Positions 11,561 to 20,792 of a stretch of 64,000 nucleotides of DNA are shown piece after piece. The position numbers were made by a program, and so were the translations under genes. Numbering within the stretch: position 1 is the first letter of the stretch; the number at the start of each line of letters is the position of its first letter. Source of the DNA: Candidatus Bathyarchaeota archaeon (lineage in GTDB: Archaea; Thermoproteota; Bathyarchaeia; Bathyarchaeales; Bathycorpusculaceae); the NCBI GenBank assembly GCA_963828195.1, contig CAWHDT010000003.1, positions 256,001 through 320,000 on the forward strand. Reading direction: 5' to 3'. The notes below the pieces were generated by a model. It saw only the letters and a program-made list of their open reading frames with translations, had not been told where the DNA came from and searched no databases.

Positions 11561-11619
11561 ATCTTGGCTTTTGTTCTAGTATTTTGTGGCTGGTTTCTGT
11601 TACTAATTTTTATTTTTAA

Positions 11620-11710
11620 AAGAACAACAACACCGTAAATTCAAATGTTGTTCTTCTCGGCAAGGTTTCTTCAAAAGAAGAAGACTAGAAAAATCGTTTT
11701 TCTTCTTCTT
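11620..11710. repeat. Two adjacent 10-bp inverted repeats, each with a 16-nt spacer (possible bidirectional terminator or binding sites)
   Basis: AAGAACAACA(11620-29)-N16-TGTTGTTCTT(11646-55) and AAGAAGAAGA(11675-84)-N16-TCTTCTTCTT(11701-10), between convergent genes. Confidence 0.65.
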
Positions 11711-11780
11711 CCCAAATAAGCCTGGCTGCTTTAATAGAGCATTATGCCGACGAGGGTTCCTCTCTGGTTTTCAAACGCTC

Positions 11781-12710
11781 TCAGTGCAGACAAAGTCCAA
11801 AAAGAAGAGGCGAATTGCTGCGTTTTCTGATGTAAACGATTAATCCCGCGCAAACGACAGCCGCAACTGTCGCACCTGCAACGGCAACGGGTACAACTGG
11901 AAAAGGCTCTGGCTTCGCTACTGTAAAACTGATGGTTTGTGAAGACCCAACGCTTCCAGCTTCATCAGTTGCGTAAACCGTTACGTTATGGGCTCCATTA
12001 AATAACCCATGCAAGGTCAAGTTTCCCGAAGTAGTAATATTCTGGTGTCCGTCAAGGCTATAGGTGATTTGCGAAACCGTCTTGTTAACCGTGAAATCTA
12101 GCGGCACGTTAGACGCGTTGTAGACTTTAGTTTCTGGAGATAGGACCGAGATGTTTGGAGAGATAGAGTCAATGTTAAATGAAACTGTTGTGAAAACAGC
12201 CCAGCCATAAGGATAACTGTAAGATAACATGAATACGTCAGGTCTTATCCAGACTGTTACGTTGTGTTCTCCTTGGGACAAATCAGTCAACGTCGCATTG
12301 CCCACATAAAGATTCGCTGAACCGGTCAGAGTTGTGGAAACGTTGTCTGGGAGTGAATAAACCTGAGAGCTCATGATTGTATTAACAAGGTTAGCTGTGC
12401 TATAATCCAGAACGCAGCCATGCCTCAAAAAAAGGTCGTAAGGACCGCCCGAAAAATTCTCCATGGGTACAACGTAAGATTCTATTGTGAAGGCTAAGGT
12501 AACATTGTTTTTGTTATAGGTTTCATTTCGGGGGGACTGTATGGTGACTGTGGCGTTTGTGTTTCCTTCAACGATTGTGTTATTGCTAGAGGTTTGTTCA
12601 GCTTGAGCGATTGTTCCTACGCCATTTAGGGTTAACATTGCCCCAATTAACATGGATGCCAGAAGCGACAAGACGAGCGTTAACGCTATTGCTTTTTTAC
12701 TCATGCCCAT
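11781..12710 (-). CDS. Secreted TM-anchored surface protein with two Ig-like/FN3-like domains (array member 4)
   Basis: Signal peptide; YSLDG...GAHNVTVYATD stalk domain; C-terminal TM + RKR; many N-x-S/T sequons. Confidence 0.8.
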   Translation of the reverse strand: MGMSKKAIALTLVLSLLASMLIGAMLTLNGVGTIAQAEQTSSNNTIVEGNTNATVTIQSPRNETYNKNNVTLAFTIESYVVPMENFSGGPYDLFLRHGCVLDYSTANLVNTIMSSQVYSLPDNVSTTLTGSANLYVGNATLTDLSQGEHNVTVWIRPDVFMLSYSYPYGWAVFTTVSFNIDSISPNISVLSPETKVYNASNVPLDFTVNKTVSQITYSLDGHQNITTSGNLTLHGLFNGAHNVTVYATDEAGSVGSSQTISFTVAKPEPFPVVPVAVAGATVAAVVCAGLIVYIRKRSNSPLLFGLCLH

Positions 12711-13578
12711 CCGCGGTCACCTGCTTGCGTTTCTTAAAGTGGACTAATAAACCAGCAATCGCAACAACAACCGCTGCTACTGAAACAATAGCGACGGTTA
12801 CCGTTTGAAAAGGCTTTGAGTTCATTCCTGTTGGAACAGCAATTGTGAAATTCATTGTTTGTGAAGCACCCATATTGCCAATTGTATCATTAGCAAATAT
12901 TGTTAAACTGTGCTGCCCTTCACTTAGTCCTGTTAATGTCGTGTTTCCGCTTATTGTTTCGTTGTTTTGGTTGTCTATGCTGTAGCCTATCCATGAGGTT
13001 GCCTCGTCAACGCTGAAATTCAGAGGTATTGAACCCAACGTTACATTCGTAATTTCATAGCTGTTGTTTTGGGGAGATAAGAGGCTGATTTTTGGTGGGG
13101 GAACATTGTAAACTGAAAAGTAAACGGGTGGAAGTGAGACGTTCCAAGGAAAAATTCCGTCATCATCAACATTGCAAGCTCCATCGGCGAATACCCTGAG
13201 TTCATGTATGCCATTGGCTAAACCCGAAATATCTGCTAAACCAGTTTCATTTACCGGAATAACGTCGAAACTACTCCAAAAAGTATAATCTCCCTCTGAA
13301 GAGGAAAATGATAGCGTAATTGCATTGTTGCCGTCTACGCTGTACCCAACTTCGTTTATGCCAAACCAAGGTATGGGACCGTTTTCGCTCAAATCTATTG
13401 TAAAATTCAAAGGCATATTTCCCGTGTAAGTGGTGTTGCTTTTTGGGCTTATCATTATTAATTTGCCATTAAGATTTGTGTAATCTGTGTCTGCTCTTAC
13501 CCTAATAGGAAGCAATATAATGGACGCCATTAGGAAGACGAGAACAAGCACCAAAGCCAAACGTTTACGAAAGTCCAT
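12697..13578 (-). CDS. Secreted TM-anchored surface protein with two Ig-like domains (array member 3)
   Basis: Signal peptide; GYSVDG and GYSIDN...GQHSLTIFANDT domains; TM + KKRK tail. Confidence 0.8.
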   Translation of the reverse strand: MDFRKRLALVLVLVFLMASIILLPIRVRADTDYTNLNGKLIMISPKSNTTYTGNMPLNFTIDLSENGPIPWFGINEVGYSVDGNNAITLSFSSSEGDYTFWSSFDVIPVNETGLADISGLANGIHELRVFADGACNVDDDGIFPWNVSLPPVYFSVYNVPPPKISLLSPQNNSYEITNVTLGSIPLNFSVDEATSWIGYSIDNQNNETISGNTTLTGLSEGQHSLTIFANDTIGNMGASQTMNFTIAVPTGMNSKPFQTVTVAIVSVAAVVVAIAGLLVHFKKRKQVTADGHE

Positions 13579-14967
13579 CCGCTGTCGCCCGTTTGCGTTT
13601 CTTGAAGTAAGTTAATAAACTAATAACCACTAGAACTGCTACCGCTATAGAGATAACAACAGTTTCGTTTGGGAAATTCGCCAGAGATACTTTGAAAGTG
13701 ACGGTTTGCGAATAACCCATATTTCCATATGTGTCATTGGCGTAGACTGTGATGCTGTGCAAACCGTTTGCCATTTTGGCTATGGTGCTGTTGCCAGTTA
13801 TTGTTATGTTTTGCTTCCCATCGAGGCTGTAACCCACCCAACTAACATCTTATCTGCTGAAAAAACCAAAGAAATGCTCGATTCATTGTACGTCTGGTTT
13901 AGCGGCGATAAGAGCGATATTTTGGGCGGAGTGGTTTCCAGTAAATATTTGGGGTCAGGTGTTCCAAACCCTGCGGGCGTATACTGCTCGTTTACAGAGG
14001 TTGGATTGGCATTTTCGGGTCCAGGATCATCGAAGGGAAAAGGGAAAACCTCAACAGTACCGCCGATAACGTATAGTGTGTCGTCGATGTCCGCAACACC
14101 GAAATCGGTACGCCCCGTAGGTATGTCAGCTCCAGAAGTCCAAGTATTACTTTCAGGATTGTAAATCTCCGTTGTGCCACCGCCGAACATGGAGTTCCAC
14201 CCAGCGAATACATAGATTCGTTCGGGAGCCATTATTCCAACAGTTGCAACTGCAATTCCAGTTCCAAATTCGGGTGGCGGTGTCCCTAAACTCCAATTGT
14301 CAGTTTGAGGGTCATATATTTGGGTTAGTTGAAAAATGGTGTTTCCGCCGATGATGTATATTTTATTGTTGAAGACGGTTGAAGCGTAATTAGTCGTGGC
14401 ATTAGGCATAGGTGCCTTGGTGGTCCAAGTGTCGGTAGCGGGGTCATAAGCCTCGTTTATTCCCGTGATGTTCCCGTCGCTATTCATCCCACCTATGCAA
14501 TAGATTTTGCCGTTTACAACGTTAGCTTGCAGTCCAGATCTATCTGTCGGCATAGGCGTTTTGGTTTCCCAAGTATCCGTCGCTGGATCGTAAACTTCGT
14601 TTAGCCCGCCGCTTATGCAATAAATCTTATCTTGAAATACTGCGGTAGAAAAATAACTGCTTGGCGTAGGCATCGGTGCTCTGGAAGTCCAAACATCTGT
14701 TGCAGGATCATATTCTTCATTCGTCCCTACAACGCCGCCACCTTTGGATTCATCCAAATCAATTACTTCAGTGGAGCCGCCTATGGCATAGATTTTGTTG
14801 TCTACTACAGCGACGCCTAAGCCGCCTCTAGCTGTGGGCATCGGTGCCTTCTCTACCCACGAATCCCCACCTGCTGATTGCCCCGATACAGGTTTAGAAA
14901 TCATTGTACACGATGTCATTAAGAAGATCAGAACAAGCAATAAGGCGAAACCTTTACTCATGTCCAT
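13565..14967 (-). pseudogene. Kelch-repeat beta-propeller surface protein (array member 2), split by a 1-nt deletion near 13846 (real or assembly error)
   Basis: Six Kelch repeats (KIYAIGG...EEYDPATDVW...APMPT) in 13804..14967; the shared stalk+TM continues in another frame (13565..13837); GAT AAG AT GTT AGT TGG GTG GGT TAC needs one base to read DK.VSWVGYSLDG as in the paralogues. Confidence 0.8.
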
Positions 14968-16189
14968 CTACAGTCACCCGCTTTCGTTTTCTGAAGTAAA
15001 CCAACAACCCAGCAACCACAACCAACAATGCTGCAGAAATGGCAACAACCAGTGCGGTTGGAAAAGGTGTGTCTACTGTGAAGTTGATGGTTTGGGAAGC
15101 GCTCATATCTCCAAAGGTGTCATTGGCGTAAAGCACAATAGTGTGTTCGCCGTTGGTCATCTCGGTTAGGGTTGTGTTGCCCGTTATGGTTACGTTTTGT
15201 TGTCCGTCAAGGCTGTAGCTTACCCAACTGACAAGTTTATTCACCGAGAACGATAAAGAAACATTAGAGTTGCTGTAGGTCTTGTCTAAAGGCGACAAAA
15301 CCGAGAATTTCGGCGGCACAGTTTCCTGCTCATAATTTAGCAGAAAAGATGCGTTGAACGGGGTCATCAGTGGGTACTGGTCTTTATTCTGTGAATCAAT
15401 TATGTATGACTGGTTCCCTATTCCCGTATTGCCTATCTCTGTAGCCTTGTAGTCGCTCCAGTAATTTCCGCCAGAAGGAAAGCCATCATCCCAAACATTA
15501 ATTGACCCGGAATCTGCAGCTTGTCCCCCAATTGGACTATTCATAAAATTGTTGTGGTAAATAGTATTGTTCGAAGCATCATAATCAATTCCTACGCCGT
15601 TAATGGATAAGCCTTTGGAGGTTATGGTATTTCCAGCTATTAGATTATTATTTGTTCCTGAGAAATCCATGCCTTCAATGTTGTTTACCAAGTTATTTCC
15701 AGTTACTATGTTTGAACCTTCGCCCTCAACGTAGATTCCGGCAGTTTCTTGTCCATTCAATGCGTCAACGGTTCCAGTTCCGCTTATCGTATTATTCGAA
15801 AGAGTGACATTTGAGGAAGATTCTAAAACGATTCCTAAGACCAAAGACCAAGGATACAATGATGTAACTTGAAAGTTTTTCACCGTAACATTCGATTGAT
15901 CACTTATTGTAATGGCTGCATATTCTCCATTGAATGTTCCACCATTCAATATTTGCCCGTTTCCATCAAGCACGATGTTGCTTCTTTCTATAGTTATGCT
16001 TCCATTTATCTCGCTTGTTAAAGTGTAGATATCTCCTGTTTGCTGAATGGGTGCGGTTGAGGGAGTTACGCTGCCGTCAGGATTCATAGTGATATCGCTC
16101 TGAGTTTGAGCCTTAACGGGTCGAACACAAACTATGCCTAAAGACATCAAGCACATGAGAATAAGAGCAAGGACAATAGTTTTTTTCAT
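14954..16189 (-). CDS. Right-handed parallel beta-helix (NosD/CASH-like) surface protein (array member 1)
   Basis: Signal peptide; ITIERSNIVLDGNG, NNTIYHNNF, GGNYWSDY, DQYPLM; shared YSLDG stalk; TM + RKRKR. Confidence 0.85.
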   Translation of the reverse strand: MKKTIVLALILMCLMSLGIVCVRPVKAQTQSDITMNPDGSVTPSTAPIQQTGDIYTLTSEINGSITIERSNIVLDGNGQILNGGTFNGEYAAITISDQSNVTVKNFQVTSLYPWSLVLGIVLESSSNVTLSNNTISGTGTVDALNGQETAGIYVEGEGSNIVTGNNLVNNIEGMDFSGTNNNLIAGNTITSKGLSINGVGIDYDASNNTIYHNNFMNSPIGGQAADSGSINVWDDGFPSGGNYWSDYKATEIGNTGIGNQSYIIDSQNKDQYPLMTPFNASFLLNYEQETVPPKFSVLSPLDKTYSNSNVSLSFSVNKLVSWVSYSLDGQQNVTITGNTTLTEMTNGEHTIVLYANDTFGDMSASQTINFTVDTPFPTALVVAISAALLVVVAGLLVYFRKRKRVTVDGHE

Positions 16190-16234
16190 TCGTTTTTCAA
16201 TTTGCTATTTTGTTGCTAAAGCGATAAAAGGTTA

Positions 16235-16291
16235 TTCATCAAGGTTTCTTGACTAATAGAGAATTTTTCTTAGTCCAGATTTCTTGACTAA
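16235..16291. promoter_or_regulatory. Pair of 22-bp palindromic operator-like sites upstream of the surface-protein array
   Basis: TTCATCAAG-GTTT-CTTGACTAA (16235-56) and TTAGTCCAG-ATTT-CTTGACTAA (16270-91); proximal site abuts a minus-strand TATA-like TTTTAT (about 16224-29). Confidence 0.7.
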
Positions 16292-16371
16292 CAATCTTGT
16301 CGGAGAGCAGGGTGTTCCGCAGAAAGAACAGCAAAAAAACGCTCACGCCGCTCTTGGATGGTTTTGGAAAA

Positions 16372-17412
16372 TCAGGGATTTATTGCTTTTCTGAGGCTTT
16401 CGGCGGCGGTTTCAGGCGTAACCGTGTTGATGTATGTGCCCGTGCTTAACTCGAAGCCTGCCCAAATTGACAGTTTAGGGTAAACTTCTAGGTGCCAATG
16501 GAAATAGCCCCGCGCTTCAGGGTCGAGGGCTAAGTGGAAGCCGTAGTTGTAGGGCGGATCATTCACCAAGTCTTTTAGGGCTTTGAGGCTGCCTTTGAGG
16601 GTTCTGGCGAAAGCTGAAATTTCCTCGTCGCTTAGACTAAGGATGTTGGCGGCGTGTTTTCTAGGCATAACCCAGAATTCCATCGGGTTGATGCTTGCGT
16701 AAGGAGCAAAAACGAAGAAGTCTGAGTCTTCGCTGATGAGCCTTGGGCTTTTGGATTCCTTCTCGATTATGTCGCAGAAAACGCATCTGCGCTCTTTGTC
16801 GTAAAATGCTTTGGCTGCAACCTGTTCTTCCTGGATTGTTGTGGGAACGATGGGTGTTGCGATGATTTGGCTGTGCGCATGTGAGAGCGACGCGCCAGCT
16901 GCCTGCCCGTGGTTTCTGAAGATCGAGACGTATTTGACGTATGGTTTTGCGCTTAGCTCTTTGAGCCTGTCGATATAGGCGTGGATGACAAGTTCAAGCT
17001 GAGGCAGAGATGCGTCAGCGGGGTGGTCGCTGTGGTTTGGAGACTCCACTATAACCTCGTGATGCCCAACCGCGCTGCCGAAGCATTCGCTTTTTAAAAT
17101 TTGGATTTCATCTTGGGGCTGCTTAGGCGGGCTGAAAGCTGGGTAGAGGTTTGGGATGCATCGGACAAGCCAGTTTTTGGGGCGTTCACCAACCAACGGG
17201 TCAGCAGCCTTCACAATTTCGCCGTTCTCCTGCAAATACAGCATCAAAGCGGGCGGCGTCATGGCTTCGTTGCCGACGCACATGGGGCAAACCACGGTTT
17301 GGGCAGACTCAGTTTTCGGTTTAGCAAAATCGGTGGGTCTGCGACCTCGCTCCGTCGCAATTACAACCCAACGGTTCAGCAAGTAATCTTTTCTAAGTTC
17401 ATTGTAAGGCAT
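16372..17412 (-). CDS. galT: Galactose-1-phosphate uridylyltransferase family (GalT-like HIT nucleotidyltransferase)
   Basis: ELRKD...WVVIATERGRRP, CPMC, NLYPA, HEVIVESP, GASLSHAHSQI, HWHLE, AGFEL. Confidence 0.9.
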   Translation of the reverse strand: MPYNELRKDYLLNRWVVIATERGRRPTDFAKPKTESAQTVVCPMCVGNEAMTPPALMLYLQENGEIVKAADPLVGERPKNWLVRCIPNLYPAFSPPKQPQDEIQILKSECFGSAVGHHEVIVESPNHSDHPADASLPQLELVIHAYIDRLKELSAKPYVKYVSIFRNHGQAAGASLSHAHSQIIATPIVPTTIQEEQVAAKAFYDKERRCVFCDIIEKESKSPRLISEDSDFFVFAPYASINPMEFWVMPRKHAANILSLSDEEISAFARTLKGSLKALKDLVNDPPYNYGFHLALDPEARGYFHWHLEVYPKLSIWAGFELSTGTYINTVTPETAAESLRKAINP

Positions 17413-17577
17413 CTGCTATGCACCCTGAAAACTAAGCCGCAGAAACATTTTAGCATTTCCCAAAGACAAACGCCATTTAGCTTTTTGCGTTGAGAGTTTT
17501 TGATTTCGTATTTATCGGAAGGTTTTATATCGGCTAATCCCTAGATTCAGCCATCGGGGGTTAAGGCGCTGGGAACT

Positions 17578-19185
17578 GTGATTGAGCAATCAGTTTCAGG
17601 GACGCGTTTAACCCAGTTAAAGGCGGGCTTGAACAAGTGGCGTCTTGCTTTTTTGGTTTTTGCCCTCTTCTACGCCGCCGTGCTCATTTTGACGCTGTCT
17701 AACATGCCCATGCAGTGGGATGAAGCTATCCAACTCAACACCGGATTATTTCTAAAAATGGGACTGTACCAACGGTTCATCGGCACCGCGTTTTATCCTC
17801 CACTTTTCGGCTCCCTCGCTTCGGTTTTCTTTCGTGTTTTTGGCGCAAGCTTGGTTTCTGGCAGGTTGGTTTCCGTCGTTTTCTCCGTTCTTTCGCTCTG
17901 GGCAGTTTTTGAACTTGCCTACAGCATGTACGGCGGCAAAGCAGGGTTGCTTTCAGCGGTTTTGCTGGGGATTATGCCGGGTTACTTTTGGTTTTCAGGC
18001 ATGGCTTCGCTGGACATGATTCTTGTTTTCTTTTTTACGGTTTCGCTGTTTTTCTTTTTCCGCTGGCTCAGCAATCATCGGAATAAAATGTTGGTTTTCA
18101 GCGGTTTAGCTTTAGGTTTTGGCTTACTGGCGAACTATCAAATTCTTGCTGCAGGAGTAATAATGGTCGTTAGCCTACTGTTTTTGGGCGTAGGTCAGCT
18201 TAAACGGCTGTTTTCAAGATTTACCCTGATAATAATTACGGCTGCAATAGTGATTGTTCCTTGGGTTGTGGTTGCTTACCGTTTTTACGCGTCTCAAACT
18301 CTAAGCCAATGGGCGTATGTTCTCGAAGTCGGCAACTCCGCAAATTCGGTGTACAGCAGCCGTTTTCCCCTGCCAATCTACTATTTAGTGGAGATGACTT
18401 GGCCGTACAGCAGCATCCACCCGGTTTCGCTCTTACCCTACCTCTTGGGTTTAGCTGGCTTAGGCTTCTTTGCGTGGAGACGGAAAAAAGAGGACAAATT
18501 CGTTTTCATCTGGTTTATAACAGTCTACGTTTTCTTTACGCTAATCGAAAATAAGCAGTGGCGCTATATGCTTCCGCTGTTTCCGACCTTGGCAGTTTCC
18601 GCAGCGGCTTTTTCTTTATTCGTCTACTCAAAAGCTAAGAACACGTGGATTGGGCATGTAAGCTTAAACAGGAAACGCGCCGCTAAACTTGCCGCAGGAT
18701 TATTAATAATATTTCTAGCGGTTGCAGTGGCTTACAGCGTCGCTGACACCAAGCTCATGACGGCGCAGGAAGATGCCCAGATCGATATTCAACAAGCCAC
18801 AAACTACGCGGTCAGCCAAGACGCGGCGAACCAGTCGATCATGGTTCTTTGCCCATTCAACTACTTCAGCCAGGGCATGGTAAGCTTCTACCTGCTGGCG
18901 GAAGATCAAACCCAAATTCAAGTTTACCAGTACCCGACGGAGCCAGTAGACGTTTACACTCCAACCTTTAACATAACCGATTTCATCGGCCTGTGCCAGC
19001 AAAACAACGTGAAATTCGTTTTCATCTACGAATACGGCGGCTCAGTACCCTACTTCAACACGACACTTGACCTTATGGACATCTACGCGCAACTGTACGC
19101 TTCAGGCAACTTTACACACATGACGCCCCAAGCCACGTTCGGCGCAGACCCAAGAAGAATCTTTGTCTTGAACTTCACAGGCTAA
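17578..19185 (+). CDS. GT-C fold glycosyltransferase (PMT/ArnT, GT39/83-like)
   Basis: WDE acidic loop after TM1, YPPL, about 11-12 TM helices, RYMLPLFP motif, extracellular C-terminal domain. Confidence 0.85.
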   Translation: MIEQSVSGTRLTQLKAGLNKWRLAFLVFALFYAAVLILTLSNMPMQWDEAIQLNTGLFLKMGLYQRFIGTAFYPPLFGSLASVFFRVFGASLVSGRLVSVVFSVLSLWAVFELAYSMYGGKAGLLSAVLLGIMPGYFWFSGMASLDMILVFFFTVSLFFFFRWLSNHRNKMLVFSGLALGFGLLANYQILAAGVIMVVSLLFLGVGQLKRLFSRFTLIIITAAIVIVPWVVVAYRFYASQTLSQWAYVLEVGNSANSVYSSRFPLPIYYLVEMTWPYSSIHPVSLLPYLLGLAGLGFFAWRRKKEDKFVFIWFITVYVFFTLIENKQWRYMLPLFPTLAVSAAAFSLFVYSKAKNTWIGHVSLNRKRAAKLAAGLLIIFLAVAVAYSVADTKLMTAQEDAQIDIQQATNYAVSQDAANQSIMVLCPFNYFSQGMVSFYLLAEDQTQIQVYQYPTEPVDVYTPTFNITDFIGLCQQNNVKFVFIYEYGGSVPYFNTTLDLMDIYAQLYASGNFTHMTPQATFGADPRRIFVLNFTG

Positions 19186-19388
19186 AAACAAAGCTCTGCC
19201 AATTTATCTTAACTCGCGAGAAACTTCCCCTAAATTTAGCTTACTTTGGAAAAAGGGCCACTCGGCTCCAAAAGATTCTGGGTTTTCTTTGATGTTTCAG
19301 GACTAAAGTGTCCGTGCTGAAGGTAAAAGCATATATCTGTTAGCTTGTCCTTGTTATTTTCCGGTCTTAAGTCGAATTGGGCGGAAAT

Positions 19389-20294
19389 ATGGCGTTAGCT
19401 GATAAAATTCTGAAGCTTAAGCAAGAAAAGAAAGCCGTTATATTAGCTCATAACTACCAAAGGTCAGAAATTCAGGACATAGCTGACTACGTCGGCGACA
19501 GCATTGAGTTGAGCCGCAAAGCAGTCGAGGAAAAAGACGCTGAAATGATCGTTTTCTCCGCCGTAGATTTTATGGCTGAATCAGCCGCGATTCTTAACCC
19601 AACAAAAAAAGTGCTTTTGCCCTGTTTAGGTGCACGTTGCCCCATGGCGCAGATGCTTACCGTCAACGAGATAAAACATGCTAAAGCCCAGTATCCAAAG
19701 GCTCCAGTGGTGCTGTACGTGAACACTTTGGCTGTGTGCAAAGCCCAATGCGACGTCTGCTGCACCAGCGCCAACGCCGTGGAAGTCATAAAATCTCTTG
19801 ACGCCGACACAATTCTGTTTGGTCCAGACCACAACCTAGCCGAATACGTCAGCGAAAAAACAGGCAAAACCCTGATTCCGATCCCTGAAAACGGTTTTTG
19901 CCCAACCCACCTGCTTTTCCAGCCCGAAGACGTAACCGTGCTCAAGATGCAGCATCCAGACGCAACCGTCATGGTTCACCCTGAATGCAGCTCAGAAATG
20001 CGCAAAGTAGCTGACTACGTTGGCAGCACGTCAAAGATGTGCCGTTTCGCAAAGGAATCCAGCGCCAAAGACTTTATCGTAGGCACCGAAGAGGGCATTC
20101 TGCACCGCCTAACCAAAGAGAACCCTGAGAAAAACTTTTATTTGGCGTATGAAGATGCAATTTGCCCAAACATGAAGCTCACCACGCTTGACCGCCTCTA
20201 TGTTGCGTTGAAAGATGAGAAAAACGTGGTTAAGGTTCCTGAGGCAGTGGCGAGGAAGGCGCGGGCTTCGCTGGAACGCATGTTTGAAGTTTAA
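19389..20294 (+). CDS. nadA: Quinolinate synthase
   Basis: ILAHNYQ, CPMA, YVNT, CCTSANA, GPDHNL, CPTH, HPEC, GTE, CPNMK. Confidence 0.97.
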   Translation: MALADKILKLKQEKKAVILAHNYQRSEIQDIADYVGDSIELSRKAVEEKDAEMIVFSAVDFMAESAAILNPTKKVLLPCLGARCPMAQMLTVNEIKHAKAQYPKAPVVLYVNTLAVCKAQCDVCCTSANAVEVIKSLDADTILFGPDHNLAEYVSEKTGKTLIPIPENGFCPTHLLFQPEDVTVLKMQHPDATVMVHPECSSEMRKVADYVGSTSKMCRFAKESSAKDFIVGTEEGILHRLTKENPEKNFYLAYEDAICPNMKLTTLDRLYVALKDEKNVVKVPEAVARKARASLERMFEV

Positions 20295-20698
20295 ACGGTT
20301 ACGATTGTGGTTTTGAGGATTTTTACGCCTCTTCTTGTGGTTAATTCGTCGCTTAGATGGTGGATTTCTGAGGCTTTGCCTTTAACGGCGATGGCTTCGA
20401 GGCAGTCTTTTTCGCTGATGTGGATGTGCATGGTTGACGTGATTATTTTTGAGTGTTCATGCTGTGTCTCGGTTAGTTCGCTGTCTAGGCCTTTTGCGTC
20501 GTGGTCGTAGACCATAAGTATTATGCCTGTTTGGATGGTGTCTGCTTCTTTGAGCCATTTGCGGTCGGAAACGAACAGTCTGACTGCGTCCTGGATGGCT
20601 TTGCTGCGGCTCTCGTAGCCCATTTTGCTTGTGATTTCGTCGAAGTCTTTGAGGAGTTCAGGCGGGAACGTTACGCCTATGCGGGTGACTTTTGACAT
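20291..20698 (-). CDS. nikR: Nickel-responsive regulator
   Basis: RHH N-terminus (RIGVTFP...SRSKAIQDAVR); YDH, QH, HIH and CLE nickel ligands; GGAG SD favours ATG 20698. Confidence 0.93.
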   Translation of the reverse strand: MSKVTRIGVTFPPELLKDFDEITSKMGYESRSKAIQDAVRLFVSDRKWLKEADTIQTGIILMVYDHDAKGLDSELTETQHEHSKIITSTMHIHISEKDCLEAIAVKGKASEIHHLSDELTTRRGVKILKTTIVTV

Positions 20699-20749
20699 GG
20701 ATGTCTCCAAGGACTGTTGGTGTTTTGTGCCTAAAAACTTTTATATTTT

Positions 20750-20779
20750 AGTAACACGTTTCTTCAATTAAGTGTTACT
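20750..20779. promoter_or_regulatory. NikR operator
   Basis: AGTAACAC-N14-GTGTTACT (= GTAACA-N16-TGTTAC, the 6-16-6 NikR geometry) directly downstream of TATA TTTTATAT (20739-46) of the NiCoT gene. Confidence 0.85.
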
Positions 20780-20792
20780 GGAGACATTCTGA

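Noticed and set aside
16860-16900. GalT active site reads HAH rather than HPH
   Set aside because: Both histidines and the following Gln are retained; a minor variant
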